A stretch of DNA of 64,000 nucleotides from Candidatus Doudnabacteria bacterium (GCA_963788395.1 CAWBGV010000030.1:6954-70953); one strand, 5' to 3'; shown: positions 19,090 to 29,409, counted from the first letter of the stretch. Numbers and translations are program-made. The notes: generated from the letters alone by a model not told the origin.

Positions 19090-19159
19090 TTATTATAATT
19101 ATATTAGGTGTCAATCTATAATCAATTACTTTTACCACTTGGCAAACTTACCCAAACCA

Positions 19160-19184
19160 CCCCGCCGCTCCGGCGGGGTTTTGG
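19160..19184 (+). terminator. Orphan GC-rich intrinsic terminator (possible sRNA end or rpsT-leader attenuator)
   Basis: Stem CCCCGCCG/CGGCGGGG followed by TTTT. No ORF lies between it and the preceding terminator. Confidence 0.5.
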
Positions 19185-19390
19185 TTGAATAGAATATTTT
19201 TCCTTTAATCTTATATTTATTTACCCTCTTGTTTTTTTCAGCAGTTCCTGCTAAAATCTATTTATCTTGAAGACAGCTGCTGTGTTTTCAAACTTGTGCC
19301 GTTTAATAAACTTATAACAATTAACCCATAACTGATAACTTAACTCTGTTGTTATAAGTTATCAATCTCAAGTTATTAGTTCTCAACACT

Positions 19391-19654
19391 ATGCCCAATA
19401 CCAAATCGGCCGCCAAGGCCATGCGACAAGCTATCCGCCGCAATGTCCGAAATATTGCCGTTAAAGATTCCTTTAAGACAGCCGTAAAAGATGTTAAAAA
19501 ACTGATTGCCGCCGGTAAAAAGTCCGAGGCCATGACTGCCATGAAAAAGGCTATGTCGAGCTTAGACAAGGCCGCCAAAAAACACGTCATCAAAAAAAAC
19601 AGCGCCTCCCGGAAAAAGAGCCGCCTGGCCAAAGCTATTGCCAAGATTGCTTAA
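19391..19654 (+). CDS. rpsT: 30S ribosomal protein S20
   Basis: 87-aa basic protein starting MPNTKSAAKAMRQ, typical of S20. Confidence 0.95.
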   Translation: MPNTKSAAKAMRQAIRRNVRNIAVKDSFKTAVKDVKKLIAAGKKSEAMTAMKKAMSSLDKAAKKHVIKKNSASRKKSRLAKAIAKIA

Positions 19655-19657
19655 TTC

Positions 19658-19697
19658 AATAACTGTCATCAGCCGAGGCTGATGACAGTTATTTTTT
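19658..19697. terminator. Bidirectional terminator hairpin (rpsT / DoxX)
   Basis: ~16-bp perfect stem AATAACTGTCATCAGC/GCTGATGACAGTTATT followed by a T6 tract. Confidence 0.8.
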
Positions 19698-20246
19698 AAA
19701 CATTTGTCCCGGCTGCCATGGTGTACCCAAAAGCGGCAACAGCCACCGGTCAAAGCCATACCATCCGGCTACTCGCCAAGCCAAAATTAAAAACAATTCC
19801 AGCAAAAACAAAATTGGATTAATACTAACCGTGCCCGCCAGCAAATAATTCATGTTCATGAACGCTCCAAAAAACGCCGCAATACCAGTAAAAATTCCTA
19901 TTATCAAAGCTATTCCAACCGCTAACTCGCCAAAACTAACAACGTAAGAAAACCCCACCGCGTGAGGAATAATTATTTGCTTTAAAAAAATTCCGTACCA
20001 CGATTGAACATCAGGATGCGCGCCCGAAGCTTTTACCAATGCGCCTTGCAAAAAACCAATTAACGCGGTCCCTGCCTTCGCCCCGACCCAACCGCCGGTA
20101 ATTTTTTCATACCCTGCCGTAACCCACTCCCAACCAACGTACAGCCTAATTACAATCCATAACCAGGCTAACCGGGTATCCGCGAACAAAAACCGTGACA
20201 ATGCCGGTTCAGGAATTTGGATGCCGGTATTTTTTGCTTTTTGCAT
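19689..20246 (-). CDS. DoxX family membrane protein
   Basis: 185-aa, 4-TM protein with a DoxX-like profile (RLYVGWEWVTAGYEKI). Confidence 0.7.
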   Translation of the reverse strand: MQKAKNTGIQIPEPALSRFLFADTRLAWLWIVIRLYVGWEWVTAGYEKITGGWVGAKAGTALIGFLQGALVKASGAHPDVQSWYGIFLKQIIIPHAVGFSYVVSFGELAVGIALIIGIFTGIAAFFGAFMNMNYLLAGTVSINPILFLLELFLILAWRVAGWYGFDRWLLPLLGTPWQPGQMFKK

Positions 20247-20299
20247 ATTGGCAAAAATTAATATTTACATCTATAGTATAACACACTGTAAAAAAAACA

Positions 20300-20339
20300 A
20301 GCGTCTAAGATTTGGACGATCGTCCACATCTTAGACGCT
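20300..20339. repeat. Palindromic hairpin of the GTCTAAGA...CGATCG...TCTTAGAC family (also a minus-strand terminator)
   Basis: 12-bp outer arms AGCGTCTAAGAT/ATCTTAGACGCT with a CGATCG centre. A T-run follows on the minus strand. A related palindrome lies at 42201. Confidence 0.6.
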
Positions 20340-20366
20340 TGCGGGGCTAGTCTGGGGATTTCAACC

Positions 20367-20519
20367 TTAGGTGTTAGGACCGCTCGACCGGCGCATAAAG
20401 TGGGCGATTCCGGAAATCAGCGCCAGGACCAAAAAGATCCAGACGAACGCTCCAAGCAAGTGCAGCGCCAGGCTGCCAAAAAATATCACCAGCAAAATTA
20501 TTGCAATAATACCAAGCAT
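20367..20519 (-). CDS. Small two-TM membrane protein (50 aa, below the ORF-track cutoff)
   Basis: Manual translation: MLGIIAIILLVIFFGSLALHLLGAFVWIFLVLALISGIAHFMRRSSGPNT. Resembles small lmo0937-type membrane proteins. A terminator lies downstream. Confidence 0.5.
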   Translation of the reverse strand: MLGIIAIILLVIFFGSLALHLLGAFVWIFLVLALISGIAHFMRRSSGPNT

Positions 20520-20536
20520 GAGATTATTTTTAATGA

Positions 20537-23520
20537 TTAAGGACCTGTTACATAATAGGTAATACTCTTAGGTGACAGACTATGTTCGCCAGTTACGGTA
20601 ATAGTCAGCGGGCCTCCGGTAAAGCTGGTGGGTAACGTATACCCGCTGTTGTTAAACGAACCCGAAGCGTCGGCGGTAAAACTGTAATCTATGGTTGAAC
20701 CGGTCCTATCAGTGGTAATATCTATTGGTTCATTAGGCAGATATCCGCTCCCAATAAACTGAATCGCCGCGCCCGGGGCTCCGGCATACGCGCCTAACTG
20801 CAAATTTACATACACTTGCGGCTCGGTAAAGTTAGCAGTAGCATTGACGCCGGAACTATTACCATGAGCTTGAACCGTCTTACTGCCAGCGGCAGCATAC
20901 GGCACAGTCGTGGCCAGCGCAAAATTACCGCCCGCATCTGTAGTCATGCTTCCCAGCGCAGTACCGTCAAACGTCACCGCTACTGTCTCTCTCCCGCCAA
21001 ACCCGCTGCCATACACCGTCAATGGTGAGCCACCCTGATCGTAATACGTGCTGAGCCAAATAGTCGGCGAAAGTGCTGCCACTCCGATATTAAAACTGTT
21101 GCTGATGTGCGTAATCGAACTACTAAAAACAAAGTTGGCGGAAGTAGCACTATAAGGGATAGTCACCGGCGCGGTGGTCACAGTCCCGCCGCCAGTAACC
21201 GTGGAAGTCGCGGTGGTACCTAAATAAGTTTCAGCCACCAGTTCTCCGGGCGCAAAGCCGGTTCCGGAAAAAGTAATTTGAGATCCCGGCGCCGCGTACC
21301 AAGAGCTGGGAGTTATTTGCGGAGAGAAGCCGGAAAGTCCAACACTCACGCTCGTGGATGCGCCGCTGGTCGCGCCGGTAAACTTAAACTGAGCCGCGCC
21401 GGCCGAGACAGGAATAATAATAGCGCTCGTGCTAATATTGCCCTGAGTATCCGCTATCACCGAACCGGCCGAAGCGTTATTTAAAGTAATAGCGACCGTT
21501 TCTCCGGAAGCAAACCCACTTCCGGTAAAGCTTACCCAGGTACCCGGAGCAGTATACCAAGTACTGGGAGTAATTTGGGGAGCAAACGGGGCGAGAGTAA
21601 TAGTCGTAAATCCGCTGGCGTGGCTGGAGTCCCCCGTGGCCACAACCTTAATTGTCTCCGCAGTTGTAAACGGCAAAACTATCGGTGTGGACGAAGCATT
21701 ACCGCTGCTATCAGCTACCACATGCGCGGTCGCGCTGCCTGCCGTAATCGTTACGCCTTCACCCGCGGCAAAACCGGTAGCCGAAATATCAACAGTACTG
21801 CCAGGCGTAACGTAGTAATTATCAGCGGAAACCACCGGCGATAACGTAGCAATAGTTAGAGTAACCGAAGCGCTGGCCTGACTGCTGTTACCGGTAAAAC
21901 TATAAGTCACGCTGCCGGAAGCGCCAAATGGTACCGGGAATGCGGCTCCGGAAAAAGCGCCGGTGCTATCAGTAGTTATACTACCAATGGTGCTGGATGA
22001 CTGGGTGATACTGACACTTTCTCCGCCCGCAAAACCGCTGCCCGAAAAAGTAATGGTATGCCGGGAGTAATATAATAGCTGCTGGGGGTAAGACTGGGGT
22101 ACAGGCCACCAAGCGTCACGTCCACACTGTTTGATACCCCGCTGGAGTTACCGGTAGCTACCACCTGAATTGTTCCGGAATAAGGAGCAGTAAAAGGACC
22201 AGCTGCCGCAAACGCGCCACTACTATTGGTAGTCGTCGAAACGGGAGAGCCTCCATTCATCACCAACTGGACAACTTCGCCGGGAGCAAATCCATTACCG
22301 GCCACCGTAAATTCCTGACCCGGCGCTACATAATACGCCGAAGGGGTAATCTGAGGAAAAAAACCTTGAGCCGTAATGTCCACGCCAGCCGAAGTCCCGC
22401 TGCTCAAACCGGTTACTGTATACTGTTTGGTGGTACCGGCATCGCTAAAGGGAATCGTAATATTACCCGCATTGGTAAAGGTACCCTGGGCGTCGGCATT
22501 AAAGGTCGCCGCCGGAGTGGTGTTACCGGCTACTGTAATCTGGACAGTTTCGTTCGGCGCAAAACCCTGGCCGGAAAAATTCAAAACCTGGCCGGGAATG
22601 ACATAAAAACTGGAAGGAGTGATTATGCCATTAAACACACCTACGGTAACCATAACCGGAATAGACGCGTCGGTTTGAGAAGAAGTCAAAGTAAATATCC
22701 TGACACCCCCAGAAAGAGAATTAGGAATAATGATTTGACCGGCATTAGTAAAGCTGCCGGAACTGCCGACGGTAAAACTGGCAAGTGGGGTAGCGGTGGC
22801 TGTAAATCGGACAGTCTCTCCGGGCGCAAAGCCGCTGCCGTTAAAACCAAGAGTCTGGCCCGGAAGTAAATAGTACGTCGAAGGGGAAGCCAACGGATAA
22901 AAACCGCCGACATAAAAATAATCCAGGCCATCCGCTCCCGAAGACGCACCAACTCCATGGAGCTGGTAGGTCCCCACCGATAAGTTAGGAATCGTAAAAG
23001 AAGCTCCGGTAAAATTGCCGCTGGAATCAGCAACTGCCTGGCCGCCATTAGTACCGTTAATACTAAAATTCACTGTTTCGCCCGGGGCATACCCCTGGCC
23101 AGCCAACAACACGCTGCTGCCCGGCGTGTTCGGAGCATTGGCCGCGGTCAGAGTTGGAGTAAACTGGACCACATAAAAAGTATCTGTCCGGTAAAACCGC
23201 TGCTGCTGCCAACCGCAATAATCGGCAACACCCCTTGCGGAGTATTGGCCGGAATTACCAGGTTAGTCGGACCAAATTGACTGTCCACGCCGGCCACCGC
23301 TGTTGCGGCGGGCGAGCCCGAAGTACTGTTTAAATAAATATCTACCGCCTCACCGCTCTTATAACCCCAACCGCTGACCTCAATGGTCTGTGGAGTGCCG
23401 CTAAAAAATATTAGGAAGCTAAGGCCCGCAGCCGCCCAGGCTGTTCCGGCAAACGGCAAGACTGCCGGTCAGCCGCAACGGCAATTACCGCTAAAATCTT
23501 GATTGCTATTTTATTTCGCA
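20537..23520 (-). CDS. Very large repetitive beta-sandwich/Ig-like surface protein, interrupted by at least 3 frameshifts
   Basis: Signal peptide MRNKIAIKILAVIAVAA at 23520. About 90-aa modules recur (F.PQITPS.YY..PG....F.G.GFAPGE.V). Fragments 23148-23459, 21976-23172 and 20537-21910 are colinear. Confidence 0.75.
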
Positions 23521-23659
23521 TAGGTTTCTGTTTATATATAAAACTAGCCCATATCCAGGCACTTGCTATGGTTATAGAGCTTGTTTCCTTAAACTTAACA
23601 AAAATAGAAAATGAGCACCTTTATGCGCTCATTTTATCTATACTTCGGCAAGGATTGCA

Positions 23660-24670
23660 CTATTTTTTGCTAATCAAGTGGCAACCAACTTTACATACTT
23701 CTTTTTGATCAGTCCTGCTTTCGGCAATTAACAGCGCCAAAGCCGCCAGGGCGGTATCGTTAATCTTACGTTCTCCATGGCGATTGTAAAGGCATCGATT
23801 TTCTATTAAATACAAAAGGAAGGTTAACGATCCAATTCGTTTATTGCCGTCGGCAAAGGGATGGTCTTTCACACAAAAATATAATAAGTGCGCGGCTTTT
23901 TCTTCTATGGATGGATAGAGCTCTTTGCGGTCAAATGTTTGATATACGTTTCCTAATACTGCCTTGAACTTGCCGCTCACTTCTTTTCCAAATAAATCTC
24001 CGGCTTCTTTTTTTGCGGACAGCCTGGCTTTAAACTTTTCCACGGCTTTTTTGACTTCTTCGTAATCTAAATTTACCGATTTGCGCTTACTGACATCTTC
24101 CAACCCCAATTCACCTTTATCGTACTTATTGAGAATAACCCAAGTGTTGGTGTAGTCGGTAATAATCTTGAGCAGTTCCTTTTCATAACCTTCAGCCCGC
24201 CGAGATTCTATAACCTGTAAAAACAATCTATTGGCCTGCTCCAGTTCCTTAAGTTTCTTCTCCTGGTTTTCTCGCAGGCGCTTTTCATTGATGACAAAAC
24301 CCTGCAAAATATAGTCACGCAGGCGCTGAGTAGCCCAAATCCGAAATTGGGTACCATGCTTAGACTTAACTCGGTAACCGACCGAGATAATAACGTCCAG
24401 GTTATAAAAATTGGTATTATAAGCTTTGCCGTCAGCGGCAGTTATCCGGAATTTCCGGATAACTGAATTCTGGCTTAACTCAGACTCTTTAAAGACATTT
24501 TTTATGTGCTCATTTATAGTACGCACATCTTTCTGAAACAAAACACCCATTTGCGCCTGGGTAAGCCAAACAGTTTCATCTTCAAGTTTTACCTGCAAAT
24601 CGGGTCCTTCTAAATTTTTATAAATAACAATTTCCCCGCCCGGCAATATGCTTTTTTTTGTTTCTGCCAT
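23660..24670 (-). CDS. RhuM-family N-terminal domain fused to a Fic/Doc domain
   Basis: The N-terminal half matches the RhuM virulence-protein family (FRITAADGKAYNTNFYNLDVIISVGYRVKS). The C-terminal half carries the Fic/Doc motif HPFADGNKRIGS. Confidence 0.85.
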   Translation of the reverse strand: MAETKKSILPGGEIVIYKNLEGPDLQVKLEDETVWLTQAQMGVLFQKDVRTINEHIKNVFKESELSQNSVIRKFRITAADGKAYNTNFYNLDVIISVGYRVKSKHGTQFRIWATQRLRDYILQGFVINEKRLRENQEKKLKELEQANRLFLQVIESRRAEGYEKELLKIITDYTNTWVILNKYDKGELGLEDVSKRKSVNLDYEEVKKAVEKFKARLSAKKEAGDLFGKEVSGKFKAVLGNVYQTFDRKELYPSIEEKAAHLLYFCVKDHPFADGNKRIGSLTFLLYLIENRCLYNRHGERKINDTALAALALLIAESRTDQKEVCKVGCHLISKK

Positions 24671-24732
24671 ATTTTATTCCGTAGTCTGGGTACGACCACC
24701 ATGAGTACCCAATGGTCCCTAAATATAATTTT

Positions 24733-24761
24733 ATAGTATACGTTTGTACACCACTTGTAAA
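24733..24761 (-). promoter_or_regulatory. Promoter of the rhuM-fic gene, sharing a duplicated motif with 25382-25410
   Basis: Minus strand: TTTACA, 17-nt spacer, TACTAT. The spacer contains GGTGTACAA and GTATAC palindromes. 24 of 27 nt are identical to the second copy. Confidence 0.55.
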
Positions 24762-24774
24762 GTGGATAACTAAA

Positions 24775-24801
24775 CGAAAAAGACTCTCTGAAAAAGAGTC
24801 T
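24775..24801 (-). terminator. Intrinsic terminator of the degraded upstream ORF
   Basis: Stem AGACTCT/AGAGTCT, followed on the minus strand by TTTTT. Confidence 0.6.
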
Positions 24802-24938
24802 CTAGTTCGTAGTCTTGGCAGTTTTCAATTTTGGTTAGTTCACCAATGGGGCGCCATGTGGTAATAATCGCGTGTTGACCGCTTGGCTTTACCGACCCCC
24901 CACCCGGATGTCCCGCTAATCTCTGACTTGCCTAGAAC

Positions 24939-25331
24939 TTAATTAAACCGCAGGGTTTGCTGCTGCAACGGGCTGAACTGGAACCGGAACGGCTTGTACA
25001 TGAAAACGTGGTACTTGCCCAGATTGTTGAGCAAATCCTCTTTGACATTTCCGCTTGAGCGGAGATGTTTAATCTGGAATTTTTTGTCCGGGGATAAGTT
25101 CCCCAAAACATAGACTCCAGGTTTTCCGGATCTACAATCCGGTCTATGTTGCGCTGGTTGAGCACATAGGGCGTAAACCAGCCGCGATTCGTGCTTGGCA
25201 TAAGCACCTCCCATAACTGCCCTGTTCCCTTAGTGGGCCGGGCGAGCCCAAATCCGTGATCTCCTATTTTCACAACAGCTAAGCCAATTAGGTATGAAAA
25301 TGGAGGATCACGGAGAGGACGCAAAGCTCAT
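24939..25331 (-). pseudogene. Degraded ORF of unknown function (about 130 aa if at least 2 frameshifts are repaired)
   Basis: ATG at 25331. The reading frame switches twice (fragments 24932-25324 and 24939-25214). Has its own promoter and terminator. No motif recognised. Confidence 0.4.
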
Positions 25332-25381
25332 TTTTCTAATGGAATAAATCAGCAGGGCGCTTTAATTCTCTTTAGACTTAT

Positions 25382-25410
25382 ATGGTATACGATTGTACAC
25401 CAGTTGTCAA
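25382..25410 (-). promoter_or_regulatory. Promoter, second copy of the duplicated motif
   Basis: Minus strand: TTGACA, 17-nt spacer, TACCAT, with the same GGTGTACAA/GTATAC spacer. Confidence 0.55.
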
Positions 25411-25482
25411 GTCCTAAACTAAAAAATACCTTATTTAAAAGGTAATTTTAAGGCATATATATGGCAAAAGAAATATTTTTTA

Positions 25483-26127
25483 CTATAAAGTAAAGTTTTC
25501 AAGTTGCTGAAAGACGGGCGCAATCGCCTGATTGGTAATCTCGGACGGGCTCAGGTTCGCCTTTTCAAAAATTTGCCGCTGAATTGTCCGCAGCGATTCC
25601 TCAAACATCAAAACTTCTTGGGGCGGCGTGAGAGCGCGTTCGCCATTGTAGCGTTTCCGCAAATCAGCAAAACGCTCTTCCAAACTTACCACTCCCCACG
25701 GATTAACCCGCATATCAGCGTAAGCGCAAATTTTTTGGTCATACTTATCTGTCGCGGCATTTATTTTATCTTCTAAAAATCCCACGCGATCGACCAGTTC
25801 CACCACCCGCGGCGGCACTCCCAGCTCTTGCGCAATCCTAACACTGGCTTGATGCTCGTCCTTACCGTACTTTTGCCTATACTCCTGCTTAACCCGTTCC
25901 CAATATACTAACCCTTGCGGCTGCAGATATTCCGGGAATAAAGTTAGGTCAAACTTTAAAATATTCCCCATATCGTGCAATAACCCCGCCGCGACAATTT
26001 CTTGTTTATTTATTTTGTCTCTAAAACTATCGCAAATTAAACTCCCTACCGCGGCCACGCGGAGCTGGTGGGCTTGTAATTGCGGCATAATATTATACAG
26101 CCGGTAAATTTCAGAAATACTTCTCAC
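25483..26127 (-). CDS. HD-domain phosphohydrolase
   Basis: 214-aa ORF with the H...HD motif (AHQLRV...GLLHDMGN). Confidence 0.75.
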   Translation of the reverse strand: MRSISEIYRLYNIMPQLQAHQLRVAAVGSLICDSFRDKINKQEIVAAGLLHDMGNILKFDLTLFPEYLQPQGLVYWERVKQEYRQKYGKDEHQASVRIAQELGVPPRVVELVDRVGFLEDKINAATDKYDQKICAYADMRVNPWGVVSLEERFADLRKRYNGERALTPPQEVLMFEESLRTIQRQIFEKANLSPSEITNQAIAPVFQQLENFTL

Positions 26128-26141
26128 CGTTATAGGTATGA

Positions 26142-28925
26142 TTATTTGTTATAGCTAAATCTTCCCCATTTCTCCCAATTCTTCCCCGCCTTTGCGTCCA
26201 CATGAACCGGCACCGAAAGCGTAATTGCGTTTTCCATAAGCGGTTTGATTTTCTTGGCCCAAAACTCCACCTTGTCTTCTTTGACCTCAAAGACTAATTC
26301 ATCATGCACCTGAAGCAGCATTTTAATCTCCGATTCGCTGTTCGCTGTTCGCTGTTCGCTGATCACTTTATGAATATTGATCATGGCCACTTTAATTACA
26401 TCTGCCGCTAAGGACTGGATGGGAAAATTAATGGCCGCACGTTCGGCCGCAGAACGAATAAAAAATTGCGAAGATTTAATTTCCGGAAACTTGCGAATGC
26501 GCCCGAGCTCATTCCTGACAAACCCCTCTTCGTGCAGCTGCAGCTTGATCTGCTCAATGTACTGTTCCACCTGCGGATAGGCCTGAAAATATTTCTCAAT
26601 ATACTTTTCGCGTCCTGCCGGGTCATTTCCTGAATCCGATACGAAAGCCCAAAACTCGACACGCCGTAGAGAATCCCAAAATTAATGGTTTTAGCGTCGC
26701 GCCGCATATCGGGCGTGACCTTATCGGCTGCTACCCAAAAATTTCCATGGCGGTTTTGGCGTGAATATCTTGCTTATTCTTAAAAATTTCCATCATCCTT
26801 TTGTCTTGTGCCAAGTGGGCCACAATGCGCAGTTCTATTTGGGAATAATCGAGCGAAAGTAATTGATAACCCTTTTCCGCCACAAAAGCTTTACGGATCT
26901 CACTGCCCATCCCCTGCCCGCGCACCGGGATGTTCTGCAAATTGGGGTCCATGAAAAAGCCGGCCGGTCGCCGCAATGGTCTGATTGTAACTTGTGTGAA
27001 TACGTCCGGTTTTTTTGTTGACCAGCTCGGGCAATGCCAAAAGGTAAGTTGACTGCAGCTTGCTCAATTCGCGGTACTCCAGCATTTTTTCTATAATCGG
27101 ATGCTGCCCGACCATTTTTTCCAATTCACCGGCCGCGGTAGAAAGGCCCGTTTTAGTTTTTTTATTCTCAATCGGTTCCAATTTTAACTTTTCAAACAAA
27201 ACTTCCTTCAGCTGTTTCGGAGAATTTAAATTAAATTCCTGACCCGCCAGTTTATAAATATCTTGTTCTAAATTTTTAATGCTGATTTCAGCTTCGCCTG
27301 AAAGCTTGTTTAAAAATTTGACATCCACCTTGATTCCATTGCGTTCCATATCCGCCAGCACTTCAATCAGCGGCATTTCAATATCATAAAATATTTTATT
27401 AAGCCCTTCCTCTTTTAGTTGCGGCTCATATATATTTTTTAGGCGCAAGGTCATGTCGGCGTCCTCGGCGGAATACCAGGAAACTTTTTCGACCGGCACC
27501 TCAGCCATAGAAATTTGCTTTTTCCCTTTGCCGATCAATTCCTCTATGGATTGCATTTGATAGCCCAAATCGTTAAAGGCTAAGCTATCGAGATTATGCT
27601 GCCGGGAGCCGGGATTCAGCAGGTAGGAGGCGATCATGGTATCAAAAAATAAAGGCTTTAATTGGTAATCAGCAGTCTGAAGGACCAAAAAATCGTATTT
27701 TAAATTGTGGCCAATTTTATTTATTTTTTTGTTAGATAGAATTTCTTTAAAGTTTTCATCAATTATTTCTGCCAACAGATAATAAGCCTCACCTTCTTTA
27801 AAAGACAGGGAAACGCCTAGCAATCGCGCGTCGATGGCATCTAAACCGGTAGTTTCCGTGTCTACCGCTAACTCTTCGGCTTTGGAGAGCTTCGGTAATA
27901 GCTTGTGAAGTTTTTCAGGAGTATTTACTAACGTATAATTCTGCTCAAATTTTGTCGTGATTGTAGTTTCTGTGCCAGGCAATGCTTCTGCTCCAGCTTC
28001 AGACGGCTCTCCTGACCCAGTCGTGGCTTCCGGCAGTCTGGGTACCAGGCTCTTAAACTCTAATTCCTGAAATAAGGCAATAATTTTTTGCCGGTGCTGC
28101 GAATCCAGCTCATACGGCGGCACGACCACTTCTAATGGCACCGTGCGCACAATCTGCGAAAGCTCGTACGATTGCAACGCTTGTTTTTTCTGTTCTTTCA
28201 GCAGCCCTAATACCCGCGGTTTGATTTTATCTTCTGCCTTGCCGCTTTCAATGGCTTTGTACAGCCCATCCAAACTTTTAAACTGTTGGATCAGTTCGCT
28301 GGCGGTTTTTTCTCCAATCCCGGTCACCCCGGGAATATTGTCGGAAGGGTCGCCGCGCAAGGCTTTATAATCGACCATCTGATTGGGATTCAACCCGTAG
28401 CGCTCCCGCACGGCTTTTTCATCATAAATAAAAATATCCGTAATCCCTTTACGCATGGTATAGACTTTAACATGGCTGTCCACCAGCTGCAGCGTGTCTA
28501 AATCACCGGTCACAATAATAACTTCCCCCACTCCATCTACGCGTTTCGCAAGCTCCAGCGACAAGGTTCCCAGCACATCATCAGCTTCAAACCCTTCTTT
28601 GGTAAAAATAGGGATACGCAGATCGGTTACGACTTCGTGAACCCGGGGAATTTGCATCGTACAAGTCCTGCTCGGCCTTCACGCGATGGGCTTTGTACTG
28701 ATCATACATTTTGTGGCGAAATGTCGGGCCGGGCAAATCAAAACTCATGGCAATATGAGTCGGCTTAATATCTTTAATCGCATTAAGTAAAATCATGGTA
28801 AATCCGTACACGGCCCCGGTAGGCTCGCCTTTTTTGGTGGTTAATCCTGGGACAGCGTGAAAACCGCGGTGAATCAGGGCATTACCGTCTACCAGCATAT
28901 AACGTTGTTTTTTGGGCTTCATCAT
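26142..28925 (-). CDS. polA: DNA polymerase I, interrupted by at least 4 frameshifts
   Basis: Five colinear fragments. They carry the 5' nuclease domain (LVDGNALIHRGFHA), the polymerase motif A DYSQIELR and motif C QVHDELVFE. Confidence 0.92.
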
Positions 28926-29089
28926 AGCTTTATTATAATTGATCCTGGAATATTTTTATAGAGCTTGGCTTAGTTACAGGAAGTTTAAAATATTTTAAAT
29001 AACTAGGGCTCGTTCTTTAAAATTACAAGTCCTGGTTCGTCAAAGTATGGGTAAGAAAGGTCATTTATTAACTAAAAGAAAGGACTTTT

Positions 29090-29269
29090 ATGTGGCAACA
29101 ATGGGTCAACTTTATTTTAGGAATTTGGACGATTATCGCCGCGTATGCCTACATCCCTTCCGGAGGAGGGCGGACGCTATTGATGCTGACGGGAATTGTA
29201 GTAGCCATATTGGCCGCTTGGGGAGGCGCAGTGGCAGGGTCTCCGAACCGACCCCATGGAGCGACCTAA
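29090..29269 (+). CDS. Small membrane protein (59 aa)
   Basis: Manual translation: MWQQWVNFILGIWTIIAAYAYIPSGGGRTLLMLTGIVVAILAAWGG... (two TM helices). A strong terminator follows. Preferred over the overlapping track ORF 29047-29292. Confidence 0.5.
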   Translation: MWQQWVNFILGIWTIIAAYAYIPSGGGRTLLMLTGIVVAILAAWGGAVAGSPNRPHGAT

Positions 29270-29291
29270 TTTCAGATTATCCGCCTCTGTG

Positions 29292-29328
29292 ACATCACCA
29301 CGACCGTAACGGTTGTGGTGATGTTTTT
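29292..29328 (+). terminator. Intrinsic terminator
   Basis: 10-bp stem ACATCACCAC/GTGGTGATGT plus an inner stem, followed by TTTTT. Confidence 0.75.
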
Positions 29329-29409
29329 AAGTAAACTTTTTTTCGATTAACTCGTCATCTATTATGGAATTAAAGTTGGATAAAAAAACCACTGCCGGAA
29401 AGGTTTACT

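Noticed and set aside
24810-24930. A possible ncRNA (SRP, 6S or similar) in the ~130-nt untranslated stretch between the decayed ORF and its terminator.
   Set aside because: I could find no conserved SRP domain IV motif (GGAA tetraloop with AGCA) or other recognisable signature. It is most simply the 3' UTR of a decayed gene.
29047-29292. The 81-aa track ORF (MGKKGHLLTKRKDFYVATMG...).
   Set aside because: A different frame in the same interval (29090-29269) encodes a convincing two-TM 59-aa protein with a purine-rich ribosome-binding region and is followed by a strong terminator. The track ORF is Arg-rich and low-complexity.
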